Shown in pieces: positions 11,616 through 24,930 of a stretch of 64,000 nt of DNA. Made by a program: the position numbers and the translations under genes. Position 1 is the first letter of the stretch; every line of letters begins with the position of its first letter. Below the pieces are notes generated by a model, which ran no database searches, was not told the DNA's origin, and saw only the letters and a program-made list of their open reading frames with translations. The stretch covers positions 28,277,145-28,341,144 of the forward strand of contig OZ316891.1 in the NCBI GenBank assembly GCA_973895155.1, given 5' to 3'. The stretch is from Marsupella aquatica. Taxonomy: Eukaryota > Plantae > Marchantiophyta.

Positions 11616-12308
11616 ATGCCCGTCGGGTTACAGGAGGACATGCTGAGGCCCCAAAACGAGGCCTACGTTCGGGAACAAGGCTTCGGGCGCCTTGTAAGTC
11701 TATCGTGGAACACTGCACGGTACCGTGGAGTCCACCTCGCCGAGTTCGTGGAGAACTATGACAAGGAGCGGCAGTTGGCGCACATGGGTCGCGATAGGCT
11801 GGACTTAAGCCTCGACAGGCTCAAGTTGATCTTTGGGCTACCCGAAGGTAAGGACAGGGTCGAGGCTCGGGCTCCGGTCAAGCGGGGTGAGAAGTACCTC
11901 TCCCCCAATTTTGCACCAGATAGCCAGGTGGACAATGACTATCTTTTGAGGAAGTGTTTGCACAAGCTGGTCGCACAACGACTCAAATTCCAGAGGTATG
12001 CTCTTCGCCTCATGAAGGCTCGGAGTGAGATCTCCACGGCAATGGTCTACCACGTAGACCATCCTGTGGTAGACCATCCCAAACCTTGCGGGTGGGCGAC
12101 AATGTTTCACAAGCGTTTCCACGAGGAGTTGGCCCGCCAGCAAGGTGCGCTGAAGGTCGGGGGCAGATGCTACTTTGCCAGCCATCTCGAGATCATCCTT
12201 GAGTGGTACACACGGGCCCAGAAGAGAGAAATTTCGCGCGGGATGGCGGAACCAATTGAAGACTTACTAATTTCTAAAATGTATGTGAACAATATGAATA
12301 GAAACTAA
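11616..12308 (+). CDS. transposon-associated plant protein fragment (PMD/mobile-domain-like), probably 3'-truncated
   Basis: GC-rich open frame with G...LV.L.W...EFVENYD...L.L..L..IFGLPEG pattern typical of plant TE accessory ORFs. Composition changes abruptly at ~12255. Confidence 0.45.
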   Translation: MPVGLQEDMLRPQNEAYVREQGFGRLVSLSWNTARYRGVHLAEFVENYDKERQLAHMGRDRLDLSLDRLKLIFGLPEGKDRVEARAPVKRGEKYLSPNFAPDSQVDNDYLLRKCLHKLVAQRLKFQRYALRLMKARSEISTAMVYHVDHPVVDHPKPCGWATMFHKRFHEELARQQGALKVGGRCYFASHLEIILEWYTRAQKREISRGMAEPIEDLLISKMYVNNMNRN

Positions 12309-12490
12309 GAGAGACTGATGGAATGTAGCTAAAAGAAGGATGAGATTTTGTAACATTATAGATGATCCTGGGTCGGATCTAACTAAGCTAGAGTGTGAGT
12401 TCTGGTGACTGTCTAGTAGAGTGATGACTCTAGATCACGATCTGGCCAACCAAGCTAAGGATGAGTGAGCGTTAAAGGCCAAAAAGTTTT

Positions 12491-13400
12491 GCAGTTTATA
12501 CTCCACAACAGAATGGTGTAGCTGAGCGGCTCAATCGAACACTATTGGAGCGATCACGGAGTATGTTGAGCCAATCTGGTTTACTACAGATTTTTTGGGC
12601 TGAAGCTGTCAATACAGCAGCTTATTTGGTAAACCTGTCTCCATCTAGTGCAATCAATTTCAAAACGCCGTTTGAAATGAAATATCAACGGCCAGCCGAT
12701 TCCCGTGGCTTGGTAATTTTTGGAAGTGATGCATATGCTCTCACACCTAAGCAGCATAGATCAAAGTTGGATGCTACCTCCAAGAAATGCATTTTTCTTG
12801 GATATCAGAGCGGTGTGAAGGCTTACAGGTTATGGGATCCTATTGCTTGTAAGTTGCTTGTCAGTAGAGATGTTTCTTTCAATGAGTCTAGATTATTGAA
12901 AGAGGGGGAGAATGCTCAGGTTCCCCGTACTAACAAAGAAAAATCTCTAATTGATTCCGGATTCTATTGAGGGGGAGATTGATCATGATGTGATTCATGA
13001 CGGAGATGGAGGTGCTCCAATCATGGAGCTGGTGCCACAGAAACAAGAGTCCGAGCAAGTTGTTGCTGATGAGCAGCAAATTGATGCTGCTGTGCCACAA
13101 ATTCCAGCACAAGAAGATCAGCTTGAGTCATCAACTCGAAGAACTTATGGCTGTGAAGTTCGTGCTCCCACCAGGTATGGCCAGTGGGTCAATTCATCTA
13201 GATTGGAGGATCATGATTTATCTCTTGATGATGATGGTAATGCGTTGATCTATGAAGAAGGTGAACCTTCTTCGTACCAGGCGGCTTGTGCTTCTAGTGA
13301 AAAGCATGAATGGAATGCAGCAATGCAAACAGAGATGCAATTGCTGAAGGACAACGAAACGTGGGAGTTAGTCAAATTGCCCAAGGATCAGCAAGTGGAT
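12491..13400 (+). mobile_element. Ty1/copia pol fragment (integrase C-terminus to start of RT), same family as 53719-60301
   Basis: TPQQNGVAERLNRTLLE, KCIFLGY..GVKAYRLWDP, EPSSY...W..AMQTEM...NETWELV. Collinear with 57295-58205, with one frameshift. Confidence 0.92.
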
Positions 13401-14255
13401 CTACAAGCTCAAAGATCACTCCTTTTTCTTATTAGTATTTTATTTTTTCTAAACAGGTTGTTCAAGAAACAGGTAAGCAGGCTAGTCAATAGCATTGCAG
13501 GAGCTCCTTGCCAACCTTACTACCACCTTTTACATGTACTACTAGATTGATCAAGCTTATTATTCCTAGGGACATCAGTGAGGATGATGAGCCAGACTAC
13601 ACGGGCGGGGCCGCTGAGCTCGGTCCGTAGGCCTTGAAGCGCTCTCCCGATCCTACATTTCAGCGTGGACGGACGGGCATCGTACCGACATCGCTGTCCA
13701 AATTCAGCTCAGCTCCCTTCGCCTCCACTCTTTCTATTTTCTTTGTGCTCTGTTCTGCATTCTCTGTGTGCGTTTTGTAGTCTGTGCTCTACTCCGCGCG
13801 AGAGGATATTTCTGAGAACACGGAATTGGAGAAGTGATCACTCTGGTCGCTCTCAAAATATTAAAAGCGTCACTTCTTGTCTTTTAATATTCTGGGCAGT
13901 CGTTTTGATAGTTTTTTTTTGGTGTGGTTTTTTTTAATCTTACTAATTAATCTGAACCTCACTTTTTGGTGGAATGTGTTAAATGTGTTGATGGAAATAA
14001 ACAATCAAATTAAATGTAACTAGAGCTTTTTAGGAAAAACCTATAGGCCAGAGGCTGGGAAATGTTTTTCATGAATAGCAGCAGCAAGCAAAACCTGTCA
14101 CATAAAGCAATGAGTGGCAAAGGCTAGCTCATATGCCCTCATTGGTAGGTATTTACAATGTTTTTTTTTAAGGGGAAGCAAATGAAACCCCTCAGATTTT
14201 TTTGGTATTTACAATGTTATTCATGAGGTCCTGGTTTTAAATCTTCCACAAGCAA

Positions 14256-14341
14256 GTGGAAATAATGGACTGTTCTTTCCAAAATCCCAAGCACTCACGC
14301 TCTCTGGCTATACCGATTCCGACCATGCGGCTTGCAAAGAT
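14256..14341 (+). mobile_element. ~90-bp copia RT/RNase H linker micro-fragment of a different family
   Basis: An alternative frame reads GLFFPKSQALTLSGYTDSDHAACKD, matching the GYxDSD(W/H)A motif. Confidence 0.6.
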
Positions 14342-15436
14342 GTTGAATTTGTGCGAAGCGGCCAAAATGTGGGTGACATCTGGACTCTCGTGCTCTCGAA
14401 GGAGCGGTCATGAGCGATATATTCGGGTCCGGGAATGTGGCGCAGCTCCAACTCCAGCTCCGGCTGCGATCATAAACTGATCATTACCCATTAACAATAA
14501 TGAATAATATTTATTAAAGAGGTAATATGAGGAGTCATTTTGCAACAAAATCGACAGAGTATTCTTTGAGATAGTATTACTCAAGAGAAGGTACGAGATA
14601 GTTCAACCCTGTTTCGCTGCTACCTGTGCCAGCTGAGTAATGATGGCAAGAATCTCCCCGGTCTCAGTCTCACCAAAGTGCAGCTGCAATCTTCGAGCAA
14701 TTTCTGATATCTGGCCGACTTGATTACATGGTCAAAGGTTTGTGGGAGTGTGCGAAGAATTAGCGGCATCCACTTGGAAAAAATATCATATTCGAGTGTT
14801 GTTGAGGATCGAGAATGAGAACATTTGATTTGTGGAGATGGCACCTTTAATTTTTGAAATGACAGATGAGACTCGGTCCCAGGTTCAATCCCTCCTCCAC
14901 ACACAGGGTTGGGGTCCACAAATAGGGGACCAAAGGTGGTCCGGGGCTGGCAGGTCTCCAGAAGCATATATGAGGAGAGTGTTCTCGTCTCCAGGGGACC
15001 CAAGGTTGGTTGGGGCGCAAGGCTTGGATTTACGCCACCATGGGGTTGGGCCGCACAAAAATGGCCACAACTCCATGACCATGAGTCCGTTGGAGTACTT
15101 CTTGGGCTTGTTGGAAAACTATGGAGAAGGACTACCTTCTCCAAGACTCATCTGGGCCTGAGGCAGCCTCGAGGTCACAGCTGTGGCCGCCGCAGAGTTT
15201 CTGTGAAGAAAAATCAGCAAACTTCTACCAACAATAACTCGGTAGTTATGGCTCCGTTCGGGCTGCGCCATACACCGTTGGAATCAGCTCGACAAGCTCT
15301 TTCTCATGAGCCAACTCTGGACTTGAGATCTCAAGTTTCTAAAACTAACATTTCTTGAAGGTCGTACGACCGCCTTCTCAATGTCAAGCTATGGCTTCCA
15401 AAGCACTCAAACAGAGAAATTTCCAGCCACTCAAAC

Positions 15437-18400
15437 TCTATCAGGAAACAGTAGAGTACTAGAGTAGCCCCTTCAAAATTTTAATAAGAAGACAATTTGT
15501 TGAAGGTAGCTTCCAGGGGTCAGAGTAAATTAAGTACGTTGAGGCTGTTCCAGATAGAAGTCCATTGACTGGTTGGCTGTCCATGAAGGATGCCGTTTGA
15601 GTAGATAGACATGGCCAGCTCGGTGCAAGTACAATCCCGTACAGGGTGTAGGCTCCTAGGCTGAACGGAATGCCTGATTACCTGTTCGAATCAAATGGCA
15701 TGATCCATCACACTTTAAAACCCACGGGACAAAAAGCCATAGAAGAGTTTTTTTATAGATTAGAAAAAAATTAAGAGAATTTGTCAAGAAGTAAACAAGA
15801 GCAATGAAATACGGTAGGGTGGGACCGTGAGGAACACGAATAATGAATGTCAGTCGACAGTGCCCATCTATAGACAAGTTTCTAGATTACCGCTCTGACA
15901 AATGATTGCGGGCAGGTGTTAGACTGTTAGCAGTAGTAAGATTTGGCTCTATGTTGAATCACCCGATCATCAATTACAATAATGTACAGATTCAAGTTTA
16001 CCCAAATTACTCAATTACAGTGGCTTTTCTGTGGAGCTTTTCCCGCCCCGATCGTTACTACTGTAGGCGTTCACTGCAAAGACTGTTAGCAGCAGTGAGC
16101 ATCAAACGTCTATCTTCTAGCACAACATGGACACCCATGCGGGCACCCATGGCAGTGGTTTGGCGGCAGTTTACTGAGTTACCGCATGGGGCACGATGAT
16201 CGGGTGATGGAACTTTGAAGCACTAAGTTGGGACATAATTATCGTCCCATCACTGATTGTCCGTGGACAATAGCTTTCTGACAGTGCAATTGAGTAATTT
16301 GGGTGCCCCGCTGTATGTTGGATCAATGAATGGAATTCAATGAAATTTCTCAACGTTTGTTGAGCATCATGAGCCTCATTACATTTGAAGTCTTGACGGG
16401 GCATAAGGATATGACCGAGAACCCCTCTTGGAGATCTGATGGAGGGTGAATTTGTCTTTGCACAGACATTCAGTACAGCCTGCATCCATTCAGAGCTTTG
16501 TTCTTTTGCCCCATTTACCCTCTGACCAACCTCGACGAAGCACACGCTTTTACCGTGCACCAAGCAGTGGGGGGTTCATGTACAATTGACCAGGTACAGT
16601 ACTCAAGAAGCATGTCCACCATCGATCCCACCACGACAAACAAAAGGCCACAACATTCGATCGTTCTTGGCGAACCAACCCCTGCCGGCAACCTACACAG
16701 GTACTCACCACGTACACTTCACAAGATGAACCAATCAGGGCTCAACCAGAGCCACCACGTCCGTAGTACGTCCGTGTCCCCGAATTCGATTCATCGAGGC
16801 ATCCTTACGTCTGATCAGTCAATTCAGTTGATTGAGTTTTCTCGCAACCCAAAATGAACCCCTTGTGCAACTAACTTGCTTGGGATCTGAGCTTTGTTAC
16901 TCGATCACGGTATTTGGGTGTTCATGTTAATACCCGAGAGATTGATACTTTACTCAGAATGATCGATCTCGATGGGAGGAGGGATATCGATTGATGGATG
17001 TGAGGCTCGTCGGTTAGTACCAGACCACCGAACCAGTTTGGTGACAGTGCGGTGGCTTACGGACATTCGACCCACGCCCGGCTCAGTACAATCGATGCTA
17101 TTGCAACCATCAATATGTGACGTCTCGCTCTATTGTGAATACGTTACAATTGTGAAGGGCTCGTTTACGGACTGATTGTCTCGGTAACGTCACTCCTGGA
17201 CATTGACGTGTCCTGAAATCGTCTGAAAGTGAAGTCGAAGGAACCGACGCCTTACTCCGAGGTCTGGAAGTGAGCAGTGAGCCTGATGGTGAGTACTGGA
17301 AAGGCTCAGATCGAGTGCAAGGTCGATTCGTTGCCCGAACTAAAAGTTCTTCGTGGGTCTGAGGTCACAAATAGAACACCTGGTCACTGAGGCCGGACGA
17401 TGAGTATCACTCAAAAATTAATTGCTCGCTTACTTAAAAAGTGCCAGAGTACTGCATTGGATTACACATCATTAGAGACAGAGTATTGTACCTCAATTGA
17501 GCAAAGGAAAGGCATGGTAGTACATTGTGAATGGAGGAACCAAAAACCAACAAGTTTGAGAGACTCAAGAGTGGTGAAAGACATTCATAGTGTATTGTCG
17601 CTCTGAGCTCTCTTGTTTATATAGGTGAGTGAATTGAGTCCAATAGTCGATCTAAAATCTGGTTGAGTGATTTGGTCTTAGCTGGACTTTTCTAGTCAAG
17701 CCGTCTTATTAAGACCATTCGCCCTCTCGGATTTAGAGTCTGTTGTTTTGACTTTGCTTCATGCACTCTCAAATCAGACTTCTTTTGTTGACTCAATTTA
17801 ACCCAAGAGTCAATCTAGACCGGAAGGAGTGATCTGGGTCTGAGTTTGAGTCTTAGCTCAGTGTCTTAGCTCAGTCCAGCCGTCTAATTAGACCATGAGC
17901 AATCATACTCTTAGTTTCCAGCTCATTATTGACTTGGCTTTCTATGTAGATCAAAAGGAGTGGTTTGGGTTTGAGTCAATTGCTTCCATTTTGTGGGATC
18001 TACGTAGAATGATTTTAGACAGTACTTACTTTGACTGACATACATTTCATGGGAGAAAGAGTAGCGTACTTCAATGGATCGAGAGAGTACTTGCTTGATG
18101 GCATATGGACGAAAGTGTACTTTGTATTCAATTTTTCGATTCTCCTGCTCCTGCTTCTCGCGATCGTGTAATGGATTAACCAATTAAAGAGGTCATGTAC
18201 TGCAATGCAGTTTTGGCAACAAGCACTGCCTGCCGTAGCCACCCCATCTAACCAAAAGTGAGACTTCAATCTCCTTCATTGGACAGTACCTTCACAGACT
18301 AATTAATTAATGTCTCGTCCGGACGCAGTTCTACGAAATATTTGGGATAACCCGAAATCTGTTCTAAGTGAGGGAGACAAGATTCGAGAGCCATGTCTGT

Positions 18401-18551
18401 TCGAACTACTTGAAGTGTAAGGTCGACTTAACAATGTTCCTCCCCAATTATCTTAAGTGCACTACGATTAAACAGGAACGATATGAAAAATTGCCAAATG
18501 TTTTGTAGAGCCAACCTTGACACGGCAATGAAGTCTAGTGAAGAGGATGTG
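15437..18551. repeat. 3.1-kb direct repeat, copy 2
   Basis: Near-identical to 3244-6412. Differences cluster toward the 3' end. Confidence 0.97.
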
Positions 18552-19023
18552 TGAATGAAGGTACGTGATGAGTGACTATATATATCTATGTATAACTTCC
18601 ACCCATTTAATACTACTGATGCATTGTTTGGTTATTTCCCTTCTTTCTCTCGCTCGATCCTGAAATTGGCAAAGCATTCTATCAGGCCTATCAGACCTGA
18701 GACGTGGTATTATGAATGCATGTAGTAGAGTCCCACATGGATACAGCACACGAGGGAATCTAGATCTGGTCGTCTCTCCGTATGTTTGAGTTGACTCTTT
18801 GTCTTCATCTCTTGTAATATTTTACTTGTATTCTTTGTCGTGCTTTCTACTTTTCATGCATTGCTTTATGAACCCTTCAACAGCCAACCATCTATTCCTC
18901 TCTGGGCCCGTATTAATAGAATTCCTCCCAGCAGCATTGTGCCATGTGGAGAGCCAGCTTGCTGACTGTTCGTCTAGATGTAAACAAGGCGACTCCTTCC
19001 TACTGGATTTCATTAGCCTCAAA

Positions 19024-19140
19024 TGCATGTCGGTCAAGTCGTTGCGAGTGTCGATCTTCTCTTATATGGTCGTCGACCGTCTATGCATGTCGGTCAAGTC
19101 GTTGCGAGTGTAGATCTTCTCTTATATCGTCGTCGACCGG
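19024..19140. repeat. 60-bp tandem duplication
   Basis: GCATGTCGGTCAAGTCGTTGCGAGTGT(C/A)GATCTTCTCTTATAT..TCGTCGACCG occurs twice. Confidence 0.9.
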
Positions 19141-22100
19141 TCAGCATACGACTCCTAGCTTGATCCCCGGCTAGCTTGATCTCGGTGCTGTGCGTCCTGG
19201 TTTTTTCTAAATTCAAGTCTTCAATCGACATTCGTCACATATTTATGTGACATGCAAGTCCGATACGTCAAGCAGTATGGTATTATTGTGAAATAAACTT
19301 AACGACGGTGACTCATGAGTCTGCGATTTCCTTCATGAACACCAATTATCGATCGTTCCACCAACTCTGGGACCAGTTTTCACATTCAGCTTAGCGTTGC
19401 CGAGTTGGAAACGAAGTGAGAAACATCACATCCAAGCGACAACGGACTATCATTTCTGAAGTTTCTACAGAAATCAAGCATGCATCCAAACAGTTTGATT
19501 GTGAACATGAAGAACTTCCTGTGCTGACCGTCTCTGGAGTAACACACTTTCTGTACCAGTATGTGAGTAATTTTTCTAGATGTTTTATAATACTCCCAGA
19601 AGACTGCACTTCAGCTGACCTTCTGCAGTGCACATGTAGATGCACTAAGAAAAAGAAAAAGAAAGACACTAAGGTAGCATAGTATAAGTGAGCACGTCGA
19701 GCAATCAGCTGCCAAATCATTCGATTTGGGGCCCTTCTTTATTTAGTAAACTCGCCATTGAAATCAAAGGAACAAGATATGCTTCTTGTTTCCTGACACT
19801 GCCCACGAGTCGAGATCAGCTCAAACGGTCCTCCACATCTTTGAGCTTTGGCATTTTCGAACAAACGCCCAAGTGTTTATCTCGAGTCAGAGAAATGAAT
19901 GAAAATTGCAATCAAGCGGCGGTTGGTAATCAACCTGGAAGCTAATGGCCAAACTTCATGAATTGCACATGGGATCAAGGCTTCTTGCTAAAGAAAGTGT
20001 GTTTCCTAGAGCAGAACAGATCAGATTTGCCTGTCCAGACAGCCCCCCGACGAAAGAACACAATCCAGGCAGGTTGCCTTTACTACCTTCCCCTGAAAGG
20101 AAATTTGGGTAGATTGGAAATTTGGAAGTCTCCCACCTCAGTCGTTACTTTCCCCGACATACCAACAAATCCGTTGTGCAATTATGCAGTATCATCTAAA
20201 ACTGGACTCCAATGATTACCACCTTATACTCTCCAGTTATCTGCGGAGTGTGCCCAACTTTGTCCTCACCAAAACACTCAACAATCCACGGCACTACATG
20301 CGGAATACGTCAGTTTCATATTATTTTATTCGTTGCTTTATTGAGCAGCTATCTATTCTTGCTTTGAGAATGCTTTCTCTTCTCCTGGGCCTGGAGTCCT
20401 GGACCGATGGGCTCTCTTCTCCAGTTCTCCTGGGCCTGGACAGATGGGCTGAGGGCTCCATTATTCCCATGAGTCGATTGCCTTGGCACTGCCAGCTTTT
20501 GCCACAAATGAAATGACCGATGGGCATTTGATAACACGCAACAATAGGCTGCTTTGGAACTGGGTGAAAATAACCAACTTACTGAAAAGGACCAAACAAA
20601 GTAAAATAGTGTAAAAGAACAACTTACACAAAAATTTATAAATCCTGAGTTTAGGGTAAGAAAACAAAGTACACTGAAAGGAAAGAAAATGAAAAACTTG
20701 CACCAAAATTTATAAATCAGTAAAAAACAAAGTACAATGAAAGGAAAGAAAAAGAGACCTCAGGACAAACATACTGAAAACGAAAAGCAAGTGCTTTCAC
20801 AATGGAGAGAAAGCAAAATAAATATTAGAGGTTGCTGTTTTCTCACCCCATTAAAGGTGGTCCTCTTTGGACCTCTTTTACTTTTACTCTTGTACTTTTT
20901 GCTTTCTTTTACATTTGGATTACAGGTGGCTTTAACTTTGCAGCGTGACACAACTGTCCAACTTGTGCATTGTTTACAAGTTAACACTCCTAACGATGAC
21001 AGGTAGCTTGACACATTCCCAACAAGTGGGTTCCATAGTACCAATGCATTTGATGCCCATGGTACAGCAGTGGGTATAAGAGAGACTCTCCCTTGTGGAG
21101 GACATGCATATTACACTTGCGACTTACGTACTAAGCTAGATGTGAACCATGATATGTTTACACTATTCCAATGGCAGATCTTTTATCTCTTATGTTTTCT
21201 TGTGGGGTTTGCATTTGCTTGCTTCTTTTGAGTTTGGTGTTTCTTTTAAATTGCGTTTGGTTTTTCTTTCGAGTTTTGTGTTCTGTTCCTTCTGAGTTTG
21301 GTGTTTGTCACTTTTAAAAATACTTTGAGCCTCTCTTTCCACCAAGTTTTCCATATTATTATTGCAACACCATGGATGGCAATGGGACGCAACATATGTG
21401 CCGTCATCAATAACATGCTCCTCCTCTCTATTGAGATATTTGTGAGACTTCATCTTCAATTCAATGGGCTCCTTTGACAGGCAACCTGCGACTTTCAGGC
21501 ATTGCTCGGTTCTATAGGACCATCACTATCCAGTTTGATATTGCACTTTCATCAGCAAATTTTAGGTGATGTTACAATGTGTTCAAGTCTTAGCTATTTC
21601 ATCTTCTATCTGGGTACCTCCGGAAAACATTCATATCCCACATGCAAATTTAGCTAGTACACTAGATTTGGATCTTAGATCATCACACTCTTCTTTTTTC
21701 TAATTTAATTTTCTTTCTAGTTTTGTGGGATTTGCACGTGATGTTTGTCATCATTGTATCTCTTTTGTTTTTAATTCATTGTACTTTGTTTAATTCTTTC
21801 TAGGAACATATTCCAAATACCACTTCCATTTTTCATTTGTAGAGGGTTTGGCTTGATTATATCGAGACACCACTTCCATTTTCCAGGAGTAAAGGGTTTG
21901 GTTTGACTATATCGAGACTCCAATTCAATACAATATATTGAGACTACAAATATCGAGGTGCATCACCCACAGGCCACAGCTGCACAGAGCATGTGGAACA
22001 GTGTTTTTTTTAGTGGCAAAATTTCACTAGATTACACCTCCCCAAAAATCCTTCGCCATTTTTGGCTAAAATTCGCTATTTTTTGGCTGTCTCATTATCC

Positions 22101-22640
22101 AGTGTTCCACCTAATCCCAGGCCCCTTTAGCCAGAGTCAATGTGCTCGTGCAAGCATCTCATTAATTTGGTGTCTTAAAACTCGTGCAAGTGCATTGATA
22201 AGAAGTGGTCAGATTTGGGTTCCCAGAATCCCAGATACTCAACAATCAACATTCTCCATTATCTGTTTTTCTCCAGTCCCTCTTCTCATTAATGCAGCTC
22301 ACTCGGGATCCACTCATCTCAGTGACGGTGATGCTGATGCTGCAGCCAACGCGAGGGCTATCCTCATGATTCGGTCCAAGGCTGTTAAAGAACCTTCCCA
22401 CCAAATAACGAATCAAATAATCAAATCCTCCAATCTTGAAATTCGATGGGTTCTTGAGAGGGGGCTGATCCCAATCCTCTTCATTAGCTAGTCTCAAAGT
22501 TTGATAGTTAATTTCCTATGGTTACTGGGTTGGTCTATTGTCACCTATCCTACCCAAACTTAGTAAAAGGCAAACCCAATGGGTTAACCTTAAGGGGTTA
22601 TTTTTAGTTACTTGATTTGTATATTAGCTGCTATATAGTG

Positions 22641-23300
22641 CACTAACTCAATACCCGTGTGTTGTACAAAAGAAGTCATGTCGGCCAAGATGTTGTTGAG
22701 AAAACATGATGTCGTGTCAGCCAAGAGGCCGTGGAGAGAAAAGATGTTGTGTCGGCCAAGAGGTTGTTGAGAGAAAAGAAGTCATTGAGAAAAAAAGATG
22801 TCGTGTCGGCCAAGAGGTCGTTGAGAAAAAATGTGTTGTGTCGGCCAAGAAGTCATTGAGAAAAAAGATGTCATGTCGGTCAACATGTCGTCAAGAAAAA
22901 AATTGTCATGTCGACCAAGATGTCGTTGAGAAAAAAGATGTCATGGACGTCATTGAGGGAAATGATGTCGTGTTGGCCAAGACATTGTTGAAGGAAAATA
23001 CCTGTGCGTTGCACAAAAGATGTCATGTACGTCGATCAAGATTTTGTTATGTGAACAATGTCATGAAGTAAAAAGATGTCGTTAAGAAAAAAGAAGTCAT
23101 TTTGCCAAAGATGCTATTATGTGAAAGATGTTGATAAGAAAAAGGTGTCATTTTGCCAAAGATATCGTGAAATAAAAGATGTTATAAGAAAAAATGTGTC
23201 ATTTCACCCCAAGTTGTCGTTATGTGAAAGATGTTATGAAATAAAAAGTCACAGAGAGAAGGAGCAAGTCTTTTTCTTTGTTTTGTTTTTCCCAAATTGC
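22641..23300. repeat. degenerate ~33-bp minisatellite (GATGTCGTGTCGGCCAAGAGGTCGTTGAGAAAAAA), possibly within a non-autonomous Helitron
   Basis: Repeated units decay toward the 3' end. ATACC(C/T)GTG(T/C)GTTG(T/C)ACAAAAGA occurs at 22651 and 22998. Confidence 0.75.
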
Positions 23301-24486
23301 CCTTGCATTTGAATGGCAACCATTGTATACATTGGCATAATGTTATATTATCGGTTTCAGGTTTAGGGTTTAAGGGTTCAGCAAAGATGACAATTCTGTC
23401 TCCGTGCATTGCATAAAATATGTTTTTTGGTTAAAGATGTTTTTGAGAAATAGATTATGGTGCAAAGATATCGTAAGTTGAATAAATAAATCAATTTGTT
23501 AAAATATAGTATTGCACAAAACCTTTTGTTGAGTGAAAGATATTATTGTGCAAAATACTGGCTACAGCAGCCACAAAAGTTCCCTTTTCTTTTTTTCTTT
23601 TTTCTCCTTGCAAAAAAAAACTCTTGAATAAAAGATGTCATTGCACAAAACAATGGCTATGACAACCACAAAAGTATAACAAAATGAAAGGGGTGTGCCC
23701 CCCCCTTTAAAACTTTTTTCTCTTATGTTCCTTTTAAACCTTAACCCTCCCCCTTTTCCTCATTTCACCATCACTCCACTCGCTCGCCACCCCTCACTCC
23801 CCATGCATGCGTGACTGGAGCCCTTTGAGGGGCTGCCCTACATTGCAAGTGTGCCCCTTGCCATCAACGCCGGTGCCGTGCATTTCACTATGTCTTTGGG
23901 CCTTATTACTTTTGTTTTCTGGCATTGAAAATGACACTGCAAATGACTCTAAAATCACCACAAATATTGGAAAACAAGTTTTTATTGATCAAGTGACTAA
24001 AATATTATTAGTAATTACACTCCTCTTACCACTATTATACAAAACTATGTTCCACACAATATTGAATATGTAAAATACTTATTTGTATGTGAATATATAC
24101 AATACTTACTTGCATGGAACCATGGATCATGGAATGACTATCCTCCTTGATACTTGTGCATTGTGTTAATTAAAGTGTTTCACTTTTTTGGGTGTACGCC
24201 CAGTGTGATTATTTGGCTTGTCTTGGACAATGGTGCAACTTTTTGTGAGTCACACTAAATTCAATTCACACTTTAGCTTTATTAGTTACCTTTGACCAGA
24301 TTTTTAAATTTTTGTTCCCTGCAAATTTGAATGACTACCACTCTAAAAAGTGATGCAACTGTGTATTATAGTTTAGGATACACTAAATACATGATTCATT
24401 CCTGGGTTCTCCAAATCTAATATTCATTATTCAAGAGTGCCTATGTTAGGAGGGACTATATTTAGTATTCAGCAGTGCCTATGTTA

Positions 24487-24864
24487 GGAGGGACTGGAAA
24501 AGCCAGTAAACATTGGGTTTGCTATTTAGGGACTGAAAACCCAGTAAAGAGTGGGTTGCTATTTGACATATCATTCTTGCTTTATACAGTAGACTAAAGA
24601 AAGGAAACTCTAAAGTTATGCTACATCTAATTAATGTATACAATTAGCAAATAGTGTAGGAGGAGATGCTCTACGTATGATGGAGGGACTGGAAAAGCCA
24701 GTAAACATTGGGTTTGCTGTTTAGGGACTTAAAACCCAGTAAACAGTGCGTTGCTATTTGACATATAATTCTTGCTGTATACACTAGACTAAAAAAAGGC
24801 AACTCTAAAGTTATGCTTTATTCAATTAGCAAATAGTGTAGTAGGAGATGCTCTAAGTATGATG
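24487..24864. repeat. ~195-bp tandem duplication
   Basis: GGAGGGACTGGAAAAGCCAGTAAACATTGGG starts at 24487 and at 24682. Confidence 0.9.
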
Positions 24865-24930
24865 CTATTACCCATCACTTTTTCATAGGTTTATTTGCAA
24901 GGTTTTTTTCCCTCATTAGTATTTACCAGT

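Noticed and set aside
3244-18551. 3.1-kb repeats as LTRs of a giant retrotransposon
   Set aside because: No TG...CA termini on either strand, no PBS, PPT or TSD, and no coherent gag-pol between them.
22706-23312. Lys/Cys/Val-rich ORFs
   Set aside because: Translation of the minisatellite.
24895-24930. N-terminus of the 522-aa ORF as a real start
   Set aside because: It lies in flanking DNA and the TSD, outside the 5'-truncated element, and uses a non-ATG start.
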